Below are positions 23,818 through 38,800 of a stretch of 64,000 nt of DNA, one piece after another. The position numbers were made by a program, and so were the translations under genes. The stretch spans positions 6,076,001 through 6,140,000 of the forward strand of contig NW_026262668.1 of assembly GCF_021869535.1 (NCBI RefSeq), in the 5' to 3' direction. Origin of the DNA: Mytilus californianus (Eukaryota). How positions within the stretch are numbered: position 1 is the stretch's first letter; the number at the start of each line of letters is the position of its first letter. The notes beneath the pieces are model-generated. The model was not told where the DNA came from. It did no database searches and saw only the letters and a list, made by a program, of their open reading frames with translations.

Positions 23818-26800
23818 GTAAGTTGAACTGTAGTAGTTGCAATGCATATACAATAATTGTCGAATTCTTTGCTTTCTTGTGTAGACTCAGTTTTATACTA
23901 TTGATTTCCAAGTACGTCTATTAGAATCCGAGTGCTTGATTTAATATGCGATTTGGAAACAACCTGGTTATGTTTATATTCATCTATTTGTATGTTCCAT
24001 GCTTATTGTATATTATGTTCATTATGTCACCAATCATCTTTAATATCTATATGACAATAAAACATTTGAATTTGAACTATTATATACATAGCTGCAGTTC
24101 GACTATGTTAAATTAAGTGTACTCTACTTTGTAAATGAAATGAATGATTTTATAAAACAAAATAGGTGAATAAAAAATAGAATTTAGATAACATGATGAA
24201 ATAAAATTATGAAAATAAAGCTGTAAAACATTTTTGATTTTTCAAATAAATTGCAGGTTGTCCTGAAGGAATATGTAGATTCATTGGGAAACATTGCTAC
24301 AGTTTCTTCACGGGACCAGCAGATTCATATACGCCTATTAAAACAGCACTTGGATTTCCGTTTGGTTTTCTGTTAGCATATGGTAAGTCTTTATTAAATA
24401 TAGGGAGATGTGTTTTGATTGCCAATAAATCTTACGATGTATCAGACTTTTGGTAACAGTCTTATGAAGGGAGGGAGAGATACCAAAGGAACATTTAAAC
24501 TCATAAGTCGAAAATAAACTGACAACGCCATGGCAAAAAAGAAAAGGACAAAAAGAAAAATAACAAATAAACAATATACAAAACTATATAAAATATATAT
24601 ATTTAGGGCAAAACATAACAAACATTTATAGTGACTGAAGAATGTCATACTTGGGGAACTGGAACTTATAACATATATTCTGGATTGAAATAAAGTCTTT
24701 AAATAGCGGACAGGTTTGAGGTAGGCCTAACTTGGGATAAAACAATTTGAAAAAAATCTGCCATTGTCAAGTTTAACCCAATAATACCTAGTAATAGTTA
24801 ACAAACACAGCGCCAATGACTTAATTTCGAAACATACTTGAACAATTGTGTAATATATTTGCCTTATAATAATACAATCCAGTTTCCATAACTAATATAT
24901 TAACAAGTACATCGTTTGATGGTCAGACTACAGAATGACAATATGTGTATAAGAAATTTAATTGAACTCTTAAGTTATGTTTATTTAAGAACGTGAAGAC
25001 ATGGGAGAGTTGCTGATCTGTCAATTATAATTACTGTAACAGATGATACGATAATAAAGTGCGGTGAACTTTATAACACTTTGCATATGTTTGAATTTGT
25101 TTACACGTGTTATTTCTTTGTGTTTAGGTCTTTATTATGCTTTGATTGTACCTATGCAACTTGAAGAAAAGACAAGACATTTTCTTGGAGCAATCCTAAT
25201 TTTAGGAGTGGCATGTGGTTATGCACTGTCAGTTGAGCTCCGATGTGTCGTCTGCCTGCTGATTCCTATATTTTTTGGAAAGGAGGGAAGATCCTATATT
25301 ACAGCCATAGCCATTACTTTTCTTATTTCTGGTATGCATTTTATGCTTTATAACTATAAGTATGGACGGAACCGACAATGGTGTATTCCGTGTATCGCGT
25401 AGTCGTTATAAATTCAATCCATGTCCTTGAGATAAAATTGTATTTCTAGTTAAATTTAGAAATTTACATTAATGTATTTCTTTCTCGGTAAGAATTTGCA
25501 CTTACCTGGGGAAATGTTTGGTATATATGATCCCGTATTTAACTTGCAAAGGGGTCTATTTACGATTATTTCGTAACTTTTTGTAATGAATTACAGTAGA
25601 TTCAAAATTTTGATTTGTTAATGATACAGCTAAAAGATAAGACAAAGTTACCAAATGACCAGCAACAGTAGTATAACAAAATTCTTAAATTCATCTGAAT
25701 ACACAAACCAAAATAAAAACCTGCAGGAATCGATTGAAAACCAAATGGAGCGAGATCATATACATTTTTGAATATTATATTCTCTCAAAAATTTTTTTTT
25801 TTAAATTAATATGTTTCTACGACTTAAGGTGGTACCCAACACATTGACTAATATTAATTTGGCTCGTTTAATTTTCATAAAATTTTGACAAAATGTTTAC
25901 TTTGACCCTTCGATAAAAATATAAAAATTTCAAAAAATTTGAACCAACCACTTTATCAGAAAAATTTCATTGGTTATATAGCAGTTTGACAAACACTAAT
26001 TTTGATCATTGAGAAGCTTGATATTTCCTTAACAATACAACGTAATTAAAACGTTTAGCTGATTTTTACAGAGGTATCTCCCTGTAGTGTTAGGTACCAC
26101 CTTAAAAGTGTTTCTTTGTATCTAAAACAATCTGCATCTCACATTCGCTGTCAAAAACTAGTTGCACTAGATTATGATATATAAATATTATTAATATTGA
26201 TAAAAGTCTTGTTACTATTATGGACAAAAAGACAGGTGTTGCATGCACAGTAGGATAGTTTTGCTGTCCCTAGAATTATATTACTTCCGGTTTTAAAGTT
26301 CGTATTGCCATGCTTTTAAATTAGTTTCAAAAGGTTGTTGAGCGTAGCAGGCTTCGTTGATTTTTTTTCATACATGTATTGTTCCATGATTTTACTGTCC
26401 TTTTTACATCCCTTTTTTTAAATTTTTATCTGTTATTTATTACTATTTGGATATACTCTGTTTGTGTTTGTGTACAATTCATTAGTCATGCAGAATTTAG
26501 TAATTAAGCAGTTGATTGCCATCTATTTTATACAACCATAAAACTTATTGGGTTATACCAAACTGGTTGAAAAAACCTGGAATGAATCGTACCTGAGAAA
26601 GCATGCTATATATGACGGTTCTTTGGTGTAACAATCATGACTTTAATTGATTCAAACAGTGTATGCTTATGTCAACAGAGGTGTCCGATACAATCATGAC
26701 TTTAATTAATTCAAACCTACCCCAATTTGGGCATATTCTTCAAGTTTTTCTTCTTCATTAGGACCAGTACAAAATATCATGGACAATGGCAAAGAAATAA

Positions 26801-29800
26801 CACGAACATTGGCCTGCGCGGCTGAGTTGTCTGCAAACCACACTAGAGCAAAGTGGGAACTAAAGATGAAACCATTAGAAGATGCAATGAAACAATGGCA
26901 GGTAAACATATCTTTTTTTATGTAAATTACATTTTTTATGTGACAAGTGCTTTTCGTATAGGGAATACGATAACTTTGGACAGCATGCAAATATGAATCT
27001 TCCATATTGATGCGCAATCCAATTAAGGTTTAAAAAATATATCAATACCAGTCGTCAGGTTCTATAAATCGAAGGGATTTAATTATTTATGCATATGAGA
27101 GCTAAAATCCGTATCAAACTTTTCAAAACCACATGCATTGAATCTATACGAAAAGGAAAGCAATAATTATTGAACTCTTCTTAAATTGTCCTTGGGATAC
27201 CATTAGTGACGATAATGAAAATGCGGTGCACTTGTTTTCTAATTATTAATTGTAGATAGTTAACACAGATATGAAACTGAGGTTTTACATCTACTTATAA
27301 AGAGTTTTCTTTGGAATTTTTACACGTTTGTCTTAACTAGGGTCATTTTTTGAATAGACAGTATTGATGTGTTATCAACTCCTCCTCCAGTTTTCACCCG
27401 AGATCTTTAAAACTATTTCGAAAGATTGTACACGCATTGAATTCGTGCATTACTATTACATATTATTATTTGAAAAAATGCTTACTTTTTACAGACTTGT
27501 AATATTAATTATTTGAACATCTAAATTTTGAAAAGACGGTAAAAAAATTCTTTCTGCTATTTAAACGCATATATTTCAAACTCAACAAAAGGTTAGCAAA
27601 CCTCCCATTATAAAGCGGCAGGAGAATTTACAGCTTTTACGTTTTATTTTTGCATATCATTAAATGTTTAAACAGTCTTTTGAGTCGAAGACCATTTTTG
27701 AAACACAAAACACGTTGATATTTTAAATATTTATGTCATACCATGTGTAAGAACTTTTCCAATTGCTAAGTTTTGTATATATACTCAGCATATCGGTGAT
27801 GTAAAAACGTATATGTTTCCCAAATGGCTTTAATGATGGACCTTAATCTGATACCTAATGTAATGAAACTCTTGTTTTATCATTTTCATAGATCTGTAGT
27901 TTTTATTATTAAAAGTCGGTTACCTGGCATGTTACATGCACATTTCTACTCCTTACAAGCATGTGAAGATATGGTATATATGTACATTCATCGAACGTAA
28001 CCAAATATGTACTGTTTAAACCTTAACGTATTTATATGGGTGATGATAGTTTTTAATAGTTCATTGCAGTCATTTAATTTTTTCTTTCCTTTTTTTATGA
28101 AACACAGATTGAATATCTACTGTATTCACGTTCATATTATAGTGGCAACTCGAAATTCAAGTATTTTACATGAAATTCCTAAAATTTTATCTTTTAAGAA
28201 TAATAGAACACTAATTGGTCATAGATTAAATGAGTATTTATAAAGGGGTATTACAATAAACCTTAATAAAGTAATGAAGTAATGAAGAAAAATCTTCATT
28301 TACTTACACGTGCACTGGTGCTACATGTGGTGCAGAATCTGCTTACCCTTCCGGAGCATCTGAGCCCAACCCCGGATTTTTGGTGGGTTCGTGTTGCTCA
28401 GTCTTTAGTTTTCTATTTTGAGTTTTTTGTACTGTTGTGTGACATTTCTTAGTGTTCCGTTCTTTGCCATGATAATGTAATCGAAAAAGAGAGGCGAAAG
28501 ATACCAAAGGGACACCCAAACTCATAAGTCGAAAATAAACTGATAACGCTATGGCTAAAAAAGAAAAAGAAAACAAACAAACAACAGTACACAAAACAAA
28601 ACATAGAAAACTTAATACTGAGCAACACGAACCCCATCAAAAGTTGGGGTGATCACAGGTGCTCCGGAAGGGTAAGCAAATCCTGCTTCACCTGTGGCAC
28701 CCGTCGTGTTGCTCATGTTAGTACAAACCCGGTGATAAGTCTAATTCGGTAGTTCACATTCGGGAAAAAAGGAACGGGATTGTAGTTACGAAAATTGGAA
28801 CATATCCGTTGTCATCTGTGAAACGGATATTTCATAACGGTCAACCAACTTGTGATGGCGTCCGTAAAATTTACGAAGGCAGAATTTCAACTTCATCACT
28901 TGGAACTCTTGGTTTAATAGCTTCCTTGTGAAAGAGAGGCGAAAGATACCAGAGGGACATTCAAACTTATAAGTCGTTGTGAGCAGTAACCTTCTATCAA
29001 GGAAATCATGATAGGAAATACAAGCCCTGGAATATCATATCAACTGGGAGATATATACTCCGTATGCAGGCGCTGCTGGAATGTTGTACATAGAAATGCA
29101 AAATTCACAATTGGGAAGCTGAAATCATCTCTTTTGTCGTAAAGTTTTGTTTTCAACCAACCCTCATTGTCAATTTATAGATGTAAGTCAAGATATGAGG
29201 CAGATGTAACTGTTTCTGTTGTATCCTTTATCTCATGTTCGATGGGATATATACGTTCATCATAGTCACCAAGTTTTAAATTATTTAGTTAGAGAACATC
29301 ATTTATATATCGGAAAGTTAAGTTAAAGGATACTGCTAACTTTTTTTCTTTCTTCCTAAGAAGTTTCTGTATGAAGTCAGCCTCATATGAATAAAGGAAC
29401 AAGTCGGCAAGAAGTGGAGCACAGTTGGTTTCCATGTGAATGCCGATTGTTTGTTGAAAAACACGTCCTTCAAACGTAACAAATATGTTGTCAATCAAGA
29501 AATCAAGCATCTTGATAATGTCAGTTTCGGAGAATTTGTTGTATTTTTTCGCCTCTCTTTTTAGTTTGTAACCCGGATTTGTTTTCTCTCAATCGATTTA
29601 TGACTTTTGAACACCGGTATACTACTGTTGCCTTTATTTGCCCTGTTATAAATCTGTTAAACAATAAGTAATAGGCAACCATAGTATACCGATATTCAAA
29701 ACTCGTAAATCCATTTTTAACATATACACCATAGTAAAAAAAAACAGATGAAAACGCATGAGCCCTTATAACCTGATAATTAAAAATGTCTTTGTATATG

Positions 29801-32800
29801 CAATCTTTACTAAAGAGATAACAATGAAATCAAATTGGCAAATGTATTTCATATGACGACTAAGCGATAAACACAAGCTGTTATTCTTTTTTATTATTAT
29901 TGTTTTACAAAAGAATGCAAATATGATTAATGAAATGTGCATAAATAAATTTGCACTTTTCAAACATCTAAGCTGTAATATGAAATGATTTGTTGAACTC
30001 GCCTGGCTTTTTAGAGCCTTTGAATTCATTAAAAAACAAACACTTTATCAATTTTGAAAAAAAAATTTATTTCAAATTTGTATTTCACTTTTGCCCATGT
30101 TTACTTAGTGACAGTAAGTGGACGTTTAATGTGCAATGTTCAAAAGTATGTTATCTTGTACAGAGAAACTCAATAAAAAAACCTTGGAATGTTATGCAAA
30201 ATTTAGGAAAATACCATGTGCCTTGTAAATGTACGGTTTACGGCCTGTTCGGTCACCTTTTAGTTCTGACATTAAGATTTTTTACAGATCTAAATGAACA
30301 CCGACGAAGGAATTATTATATGCTATTTAACGGTGAAAAACTGCATCACAATTGAAATTAGAATAAAAAGTGGAAAATTTATACTCACACTAACTTAAGA
30401 ACCATAAATGTGTTCAGTCAAATATGTTGACAAACACAAGATATGTAGGTTTCCAATATATGTCTAGACTTTAAGCTATGTCCTATGTTTTGAATTTTCA
30501 TGACCAAATAAGTAGTTTTATGCATTATGAAACAACTATGAAACTATCAGATCAATAGTGAAAGCAGCCAAAAAACTTTACTCGCATTTGGTTGTGTAGA
30601 TCGGTACTTTTATAAACGTCAACTGGTGGCAGGGAAACAGTAACAGTAGCATAATGCTTCATCGTCACATTAATGTTTTTAATTGGGTTGAGCCTTATTT
30701 GTTTCCCTCATTATTTTAAATGATGTATTAACTAATAAAATTCATTCAACGTTATGATATCTATTGTTTTATTTTTTATCATGTATTTGTATAAGCATTT
30801 GTAAAGTAGAGCTGGCTGTTAAAAACCATTTGATAACGCTTGAAGTTGAGGTGTCAGATTAGGTCAGCGTCAAAAATACTTTTTTTCAAAGTTGAACACC
30901 TCATAATCATCAGAATATATTTGAAATATTTGATCTTGGAGATCCTTATTCTTATAAAAATATAACAATTTGTTTTTTGCATTTGTAGCATGTGGCCTCG
31001 TTGTCTGATCAATACTTTTTGAGTTGAGCCATAATTTCACAGAGTTATCACAAGCGCTAATTTTCCTCTATACCTTTTCTGTGAATTCAAAAATGTTTGA
31101 CATTTTGCCAAGCATCATGTTTTTGTACAAATGATTTGATATCTGAACTTGAGGTTCAAAGTGTGGATTTTTACAAATTCGAATAATTTTCAAAAAATCT
31201 CCGAAAGATTTTGGAATGTATCGACACATCACGCGCATGAAATATTTATCTGTACCTTTGTCAAGATATGATGACAGCATTCGTTCTCGTGGCTCTCTAA
31301 CAAATACTGCCTTTGCCAATGCACTATTGAGCATCATTCCTTTGATGTCCTTAGCATCAAAATACGCTAAGGGAATAAGTCCGCTTCTCCGAGGATCGGG
31401 TGCATTTTTTTTTGTGATTCCCTGTAGAATCTGAAACAGTCTTTTCCAAAAGGTGCCACCTGACTTGGAGGTCATGAAAAATATTAAATTAAACTTTGGT
31501 AAAACAAACGGTAAGGTAAAAATGTTAGATTTTATTTTCCTTATGTCGTCGTCTGACATCTCAATAACACCTCGTTCAGGATTAAATCAATTATTCCATC
31601 TTTGTGATGTCGTATAATGATGAAATTTTTTCTCTCGGTAGAGCCTGATTTTTCGCTATTCCAACAACAAGTACGTATATTTGCTAATAAAATTAAGAAA
31701 CTGATAACAACAAGTATAAAAAATATCTGCATCCGTCTGAAACACATTAGTTTATCTAGTAAGTAATGGTAAAATTGGTGTAAATTCACTAATATAATCA
31801 AATTGTCATCATATTTTGAAGACTTCTGCATTGGTGAGATACCAGGTGAATAGTAAAATGTATCTCTTTTGACTATATGTCATACAAATATTAATAAACC
31901 ATAGTTGCTATTTACTCTTTTTTTTAACAATACGGCATGGTACATGATAATCGGTTATTAATTGTTGATTTGAATCTAAATCAGGTATGTGTATCTAAAT
32001 TCAAATCAATGTTGAGAATTATCATAAAAAAAGTATTGAATTGTATTATTGTCAAATTATAAGTAGAAGAGTAAAACTGGATGATAAATGTCGAACAGGA
32101 ATGGAGTTGATCTCTTCTTTTACATTTTCATCTCTATAAGAGATAGAGAGAGAGATTAGAAAATATTCTCTACTATTTTTTTATCGATAAAATAAAAAAA
32201 AAACGCATATTGCAAAACTGACTGTTTTACACACGTGGGCAGCAATGACGGTTTTCTAGGTCTTTTTGATTTCATGTCGTACATTAAAAAATGTATAAAT
32301 CATCGTTTTACCTGTATCAGATTGATATTTCACTGACAAAATCAAGCAATGGAGTGGTTCGTACTAGTGGATTCTTTGTTTACATTTTCAATGCTGTCAT
32401 TCTTTTATTTTCAATAACTTAAACATGCGCAACCCAACTTCATCTACTTTAAAGGTCAAATTAAAAGGTTGCATGAATACGGATTCAAATTAGTTGAATT
32501 ATTGACTTAAAGGTCAAGAACACACCAATGATGAATTTAGCTCATTTTGACAAAATCGAACAAAACTGACTGCTAATAACGAATTATTGTTCCTTTATTC
32601 CGCTTTTAAAAATGTTTGAAACCAAAAAAAAAAAAAAAAAAACCTTGTTAATAAATATTCCGTATCAACTTCACAAATAATACATGATGGTCTTGAAGTA
32701 TAGATAAACTTTTTTTGATTCGAGCGTCACTGATGCGTCTTTTGTAGAAGAAACGCGCGTCTGGTGCAAATACAAAACTTCAATCCTGGTATCTATGATG

Positions 32801-35800
32801 AGTTTATTTATTCGTTGGTTACTATCATCAACAACGTTTTTTGTTTTTGTTGGGTTTTTTTTTGTCATAAATCAGTCGTTATTTTTTTTTTTTCTTTTGC
32901 ATTGTTTCCAACTTCTGCTTTGATTTTAACTTATTATCAATCACGCTATATCTCACCTGGCCTTTAAGGCAATGTGAGCTTTTGACATCACTTGCCGTCC
33001 ATCGACGCCGTTTGTCTGTTATAATCTTTTTACAAAAATCTTTTCCTCTGCTACTTCTGGGCAAAATGTTATCAAACTTTATCTGAATGGTTCTCAGGGA
33101 ATTTAGTTTAAAAAAATTACCCCAGGTTGAGATCCATTTTCAAGCATAGCCACTGTTACTAAAATAGAACATAAGGGTAAATCTGCATTTGTTTGCTTAT
33201 ATCTCATAATCAAAAGCAAATCCTGCAAGCAAATCGTAATTAGCAGGTCAAAGTCTATCTTCTCTGAAATTTTCAGGATATTGGACAATTCTTTTTGGAA
33301 GAATTTCTCAGTGTTTGGCTTATATGTACTAAAACTAAAGCAGTTAGTGCAAAACTAACATAAAATATGATCAGCAAGGCAATGCCTTTCTCCTGTGGAA
33401 TTTTCAGATAATCGAAAAAGATTACCAGAACTATGAAGTTTTCAAATAAGTCAACATGACCGAAATAGTCCATTGATCCCTTATTAGAGTTACAATGTAT
33501 TGGTTTTGAATGATGAAATCCACTCTGTATTTTTGTGGAAACTATAGTAAATAGAAAGAATCTTTAAAGGATATAAATGTTCAGCATATAAAGACCTTCA
33601 AATAAATCATCATGGTCAAATTTGCAATCGGCCAGTAATATGAGTTATTGCCCTTGTGTTTTTCCAGAAACTATAATAGATGGATCGTAAAAATGTTAAG
33701 TCAAATAATATTTATCAAATTGCCGAAAATGTCTATTGACCCGTTATAGTGGTATTGTCCTTGAGAGACGATTTTTACCCATTTCTGTGTTTTTTGCCAA
33801 ACTATGATAAATGAAAAGAAACTGTTATTTGCGAAAATGTTCAGCAAAGTATAATTTACAAATACTGCATTATGGCCGAAATCGTCAATTGATCGCTTAT
33901 AGGGAGTTATGCAATTGACATCTGTATCTCAACCGGCTTATCTTCTTGAATTAAAAATCTTATGACGAGTGGTGTGTCATTAGCAGAAGACACATACAAT
34001 GTAGATTCACTCTGCTTGTTTATGTGTATACGAAACTTTCACTTTTATGTATTTCCCCTCAATTTATGGTGCTGTAGATGAATGTAATTGTTGCAGATTG
34101 AAGAAAATTAAAAAAAAAATTAGAATATTTAATTTCGTGCTTTTAACAAATCCGCAAACAAAACTATAGAATATTTGAGTGTTTCAACAATCTAATCCAT
34201 AGTTCACCCTGACAAAAAAAATCCACAAAAATGAGTACCTTCGCGTATAAAAAAATTAATCATTTATATTTCAACTGTACAGCTATATACTCCCTTTATT
34301 AATACCTCACTGAAGATCTTTTGTCACATTTATAGGCAGAAGGTATGTACATGAACAAAGTAGTAAATAGAGTGGACACTGCATTTAAACCAATGAAGAA
34401 GGAGGTATAGTATAACTAAATTTCGTGGATTATATTTATATTTCATTAAAGTGACAAAGAAAATTTCGAATCTACCAAATAATTTTTAATTAGTATTTAA
34501 GAAAATATTCAAAACTACGATATATATATTTACCATTGGTTTCAAGACGAATTTCAAAAAGGTAATAAAAAGTAAAATAACAAAAATACCGAACTTCAAG
34601 GAAAATTCAAATCGGAAAGTCCCTTATCAAATGGCAAAATCAATAGCTCAAACACATCAACCGAATGGAAAACAACTGTCATATTCGGAACTTGGTACAG
34701 GCATTTTCTTAAGTAGAAAATGGTGTATTAAACCTTGCTAGCTCTCATTTGTATGACAGTCACATACAATTCCATTATAGTGACAACAATGTGTGAAAAA
34801 ACCAACAGACATAATAGGTAAAAATGTCCAAACTAGGGGTACAGCAGTCAACATTGTGTTATAATCTTAATCACTATAATAAAAAAAAAATATGTCAACA
34901 AAGAAAACAAAATAGCATATAGACAAAAAACATAAGCAAAAATAAAAGACAGGAATTCAAAAAATGACCACAGCACAACAATACAACGGATGGATACATA
35001 AGTACCGACCCACGCCAAAAGGATATTACCAAAATTGGACTAAACAGTAAAGTTTAATAATTTACGAAGACAAATAAAAGAACACTATAACACGTAATTA
35101 ACATGATAAACAACGTCAGTACCTAGAATATATACTGCAAGACCATCATGTATAATTTTTGAAGCTGATATGGAATATTTATCAACCAGGTCTTAGTATC
35201 TTCCGATGAACTTTTTTAGAAAAAGGATGAGACGTTCTTTGACATAACCCTGGTTCATCAACCTTCTGCTCAGACACAAATGACGTTCTATAAAGTCTGA
35301 GTAGTAGCTACAATCTCTTGAATACCGAATGAGTTGGGGAAATGTATTTCCCATATGCAGGGGAAGTTGGTATATTGCTACAAAGATGGGAGAAATTGAT
35401 AATTTCAAAATCAAAATCGTCTCATGTTACTTTAATCCAAACTTTAAGTCTAACCCTACCATGCAATTAATTTAACCACACCCTAAATAAAGATGCACAA
35501 ATAATTTAAATAATTCCATGCCCATCAATTTTTTAATTACCGTAAAAACATTAAAATAAATCAAAATTCTGCTTTACAGATACCCATAAAACAAAAGGGA
35601 GTCAAAATACTTCATAAACTTAATCTAGGAAATTCTGTTATCTTTTATGAACATTATTTAGCCCTGGTAACATTTTTGGCATACTTGAATATTTTCAGAT
35701 ACTATACAAACGGAAAAATCGAAAATCGTACGTCAAAAAGACCGAAAACACCAAGGATAAAGGAGCAAGGACGGACGCACACACATGAATGTACAAAAAC

Positions 35801-38800
35801 CTACACAGAAAACTAATGATTGAGCAACACAAAACTAACAAAAAAAGGGTCAACTCCAGGATAGTAAGCAGTACCTGCCCGAATAATGTCATCCGTCGTG
35901 TTGCTCTATGGAAATTCCATCGTATTCCATGCTTTCAAAAACGAGGATATTATCAAACCCTCTGGTGTTGACTGGTATAGCAGGAAAATATAAAATGAGC
36001 ATTAGTATAATTTTCCGTTACAAAATTTATGATTGCTTTATTACTCACACTAGAAGTGTCCTAATTTTACAATGCAGGTAAGAGATCAAGAGGATGCATC
36101 GATAATGGAAGCCAAAACGGCTAAGGTGGACAAACTAACTGGTAATAAACGTGGAAATAGACTAGCAAAAATTCATCAGAAAAATAAATCATCCAATAGA
36201 GATTCTCGAGAGAAACAATCGGAAAAAAAATTTAGGACCAAGATGGATTTGCAATGTGAAAGTAAGCAAGAAAACGTAATAACTACTACATGGCTGTCGA
36301 GAATGTTCGAAAATAGTTTTAAATGGGAGGAAGACAAAACAAGTTGTAATCAAAGACCATTTCATTTTTAACACTCTTTTTCGGTATTTTTGGTGTTCAA
36401 TGCTCCAGCTTCGCATTTGATTGGTCCTTCCAAGTAATTGATTCGAGCGCCACTGGTGGCAAAAAAAACGAAAAACATCGAAAATAAATATAAGGCAACA
36501 CGAACTCACCAAAAAAACCGGGGTGATCTAAGGGGTGCTCCAGAAGGGTAAGTAGATCCTACTCCAAATGCTACTTATGTTAAAAAAAAAACTCGATAAT
36601 AACTGTCACATATGAGGAAAAGGGAATGGTGATAAGGTTTTTTTTAATTAAGATATAGGCCGTGTTGCCACATTAAAACAAAAAGAGTAAAGCATAACAG
36701 CTTAAAGCGACTACTGCTATCGTTACACGATATGAATAATTAAGATGTGAGGTATAGAGTTGAGGATGTTACAATTAAAGTGTAAGTTTAATCTATAATT
36801 TGAGAATTTACATGCATCTGTATCATTTAAGTCATGTTAGACGAGCTGTAATGACTAAATTGTAATTAAAAAAATTGATTGGTTTAAATATTTTCAATTG
36901 GTCACCCATTTTACTTACTTATTTATTTATTTATTCATTTTGTAATTCTTTCATTAAATGTGTTGTACTTAACTTTTTAATTAATTAATTAATTTATCTA
37001 TTTATATGTATGATTTTTTCTGAAAGATGTGTGGAATGAAGGTGTCCTAAGATGTAGAGATAAATTCAAAGATCTAGAAAAACGATGTCTCAAAACCATA
37101 CCATTCATAGGATACCTATTATGTTTGCCAATGAAAATGACATTCTTTTGTGAGATTATAAGATGTAAGTACGGTTATTATTTGTGCTTGCAAGGTCGAT
37201 GTAATCATGACTTGTTAAAATGCTTACAAAACAAATTTTTTAACCTGACCTTTATTTTAGGCCGGTTGACCAAACGATATTTTAAAATTAAGGCGACAGT
37301 AGCGTACCGATGTTCAAATCTCATAAATATATCCAGAACACGATGAGGAGACAAATCAAGTTAACAAACAAAAACCGATAGATCGCACAAACTTCAAGAA
37401 GGAGCGAGAAAACAGTCATGGCTGGTACTTGACGTTCAGATAATTATAGAATACGAGAATACTCTTTATTTTCTTGACGACAAACTATACGTTATTTTTA
37501 ATTGCAAATTAAGGGATCCTTTTTTTTTTAAATTGAAGCTATAAAAAATTACCTTTGAATTACTGCCTGCCCTTTAATGTTATATTTAAATTCCAAGTCT
37601 ATTTCTAGAACCTGGAACAATGTTTAATTCCAACGGATCTGATATATATGTCGTAACTTTAAAAATAATAAAAGATATTTGGATAGAGGAATATTGGGAA
37701 AATATCTTACACACAACCTTTACAAAAATCATCAGCAACATCACCAAATAATTGATAAACTTCATCTATCCAACATAGATCTTTATTTTATAATATGTCA
37801 TTACCAATATTATTCTGATTGAAAATACACTTCAAGAAAAGAGGTCTCAATTTCACTTTCGTAATAATTGTGGTAAAATATCTACAAATTTGAAAAAAAA
37901 TAATATTCATTTTTACCATCTTATACGATTGATTAATATAAGCATATGTCAATCTTTGTCAATAGCCACGTGCGGGGTTGAACTTAAAATCTCGGTGTTG
38001 ACAGGCTAGTGATATACAAGATGACATACTTAGATCACTCGGCCATCGAAGTCCGGACTCCCCCATTTTTCATGACAATCAAAACCCTACCTTTTATTTT
38101 GTCTATGAAATGATTTTAAATGATGATATTTTAGATGCTGAAATTTTACAATGAGAATATGTTTTTATATGAAATCTTAGTTTGCTAACGTTACGTTTTG
38201 TAACAGTTTGTTTGCTTCTATCAAACCTAGTAAAAACTGAGAAACAAACACAACTGTCAATATTTAGTTAAGAACAAACACTTTATCTAATTAGTAATAC
38301 ATGTATTATTTTTTTTTGCGCTCTAACATTCACATATATTTGCAGTGATTCCAGGTGCTGCCGGCATGGACTGTGATTCTATGGATGTAGTAGAACCCGG
38401 ATTTGGAGAGACGTATGTAGCTTCTGAAGATATGGTGAACGTGATGGATGAAAACTTTGAAGTCAATTTACAGTATAAGGTCTATTTATTAAATAAATTC
38501 TCTTTAACTGGTTCACATCAAATATCTTCCTTATTCTTTTAAAAAAAAAGACGTCCTTACATTATAGGAAATTGATGATATTTTGAGTCAATCAGTTTTA
38601 GGAATATTGCAACATATTCCCTTTAAAAGAAATAACATACACCGCTTTCGTGTTAGATAACGGCTGTGGTTTTCAAAAAGATTATTTTTTGGCCATGGTG
38701 ATGTTTTTATTTGACTTTTTGATTGCCCTCTTGGTATCTTCACTATAAAATTGGACAAGTCAAGTACGAAGATGAAGAGCATTGAGGACCCTAAATTCCG

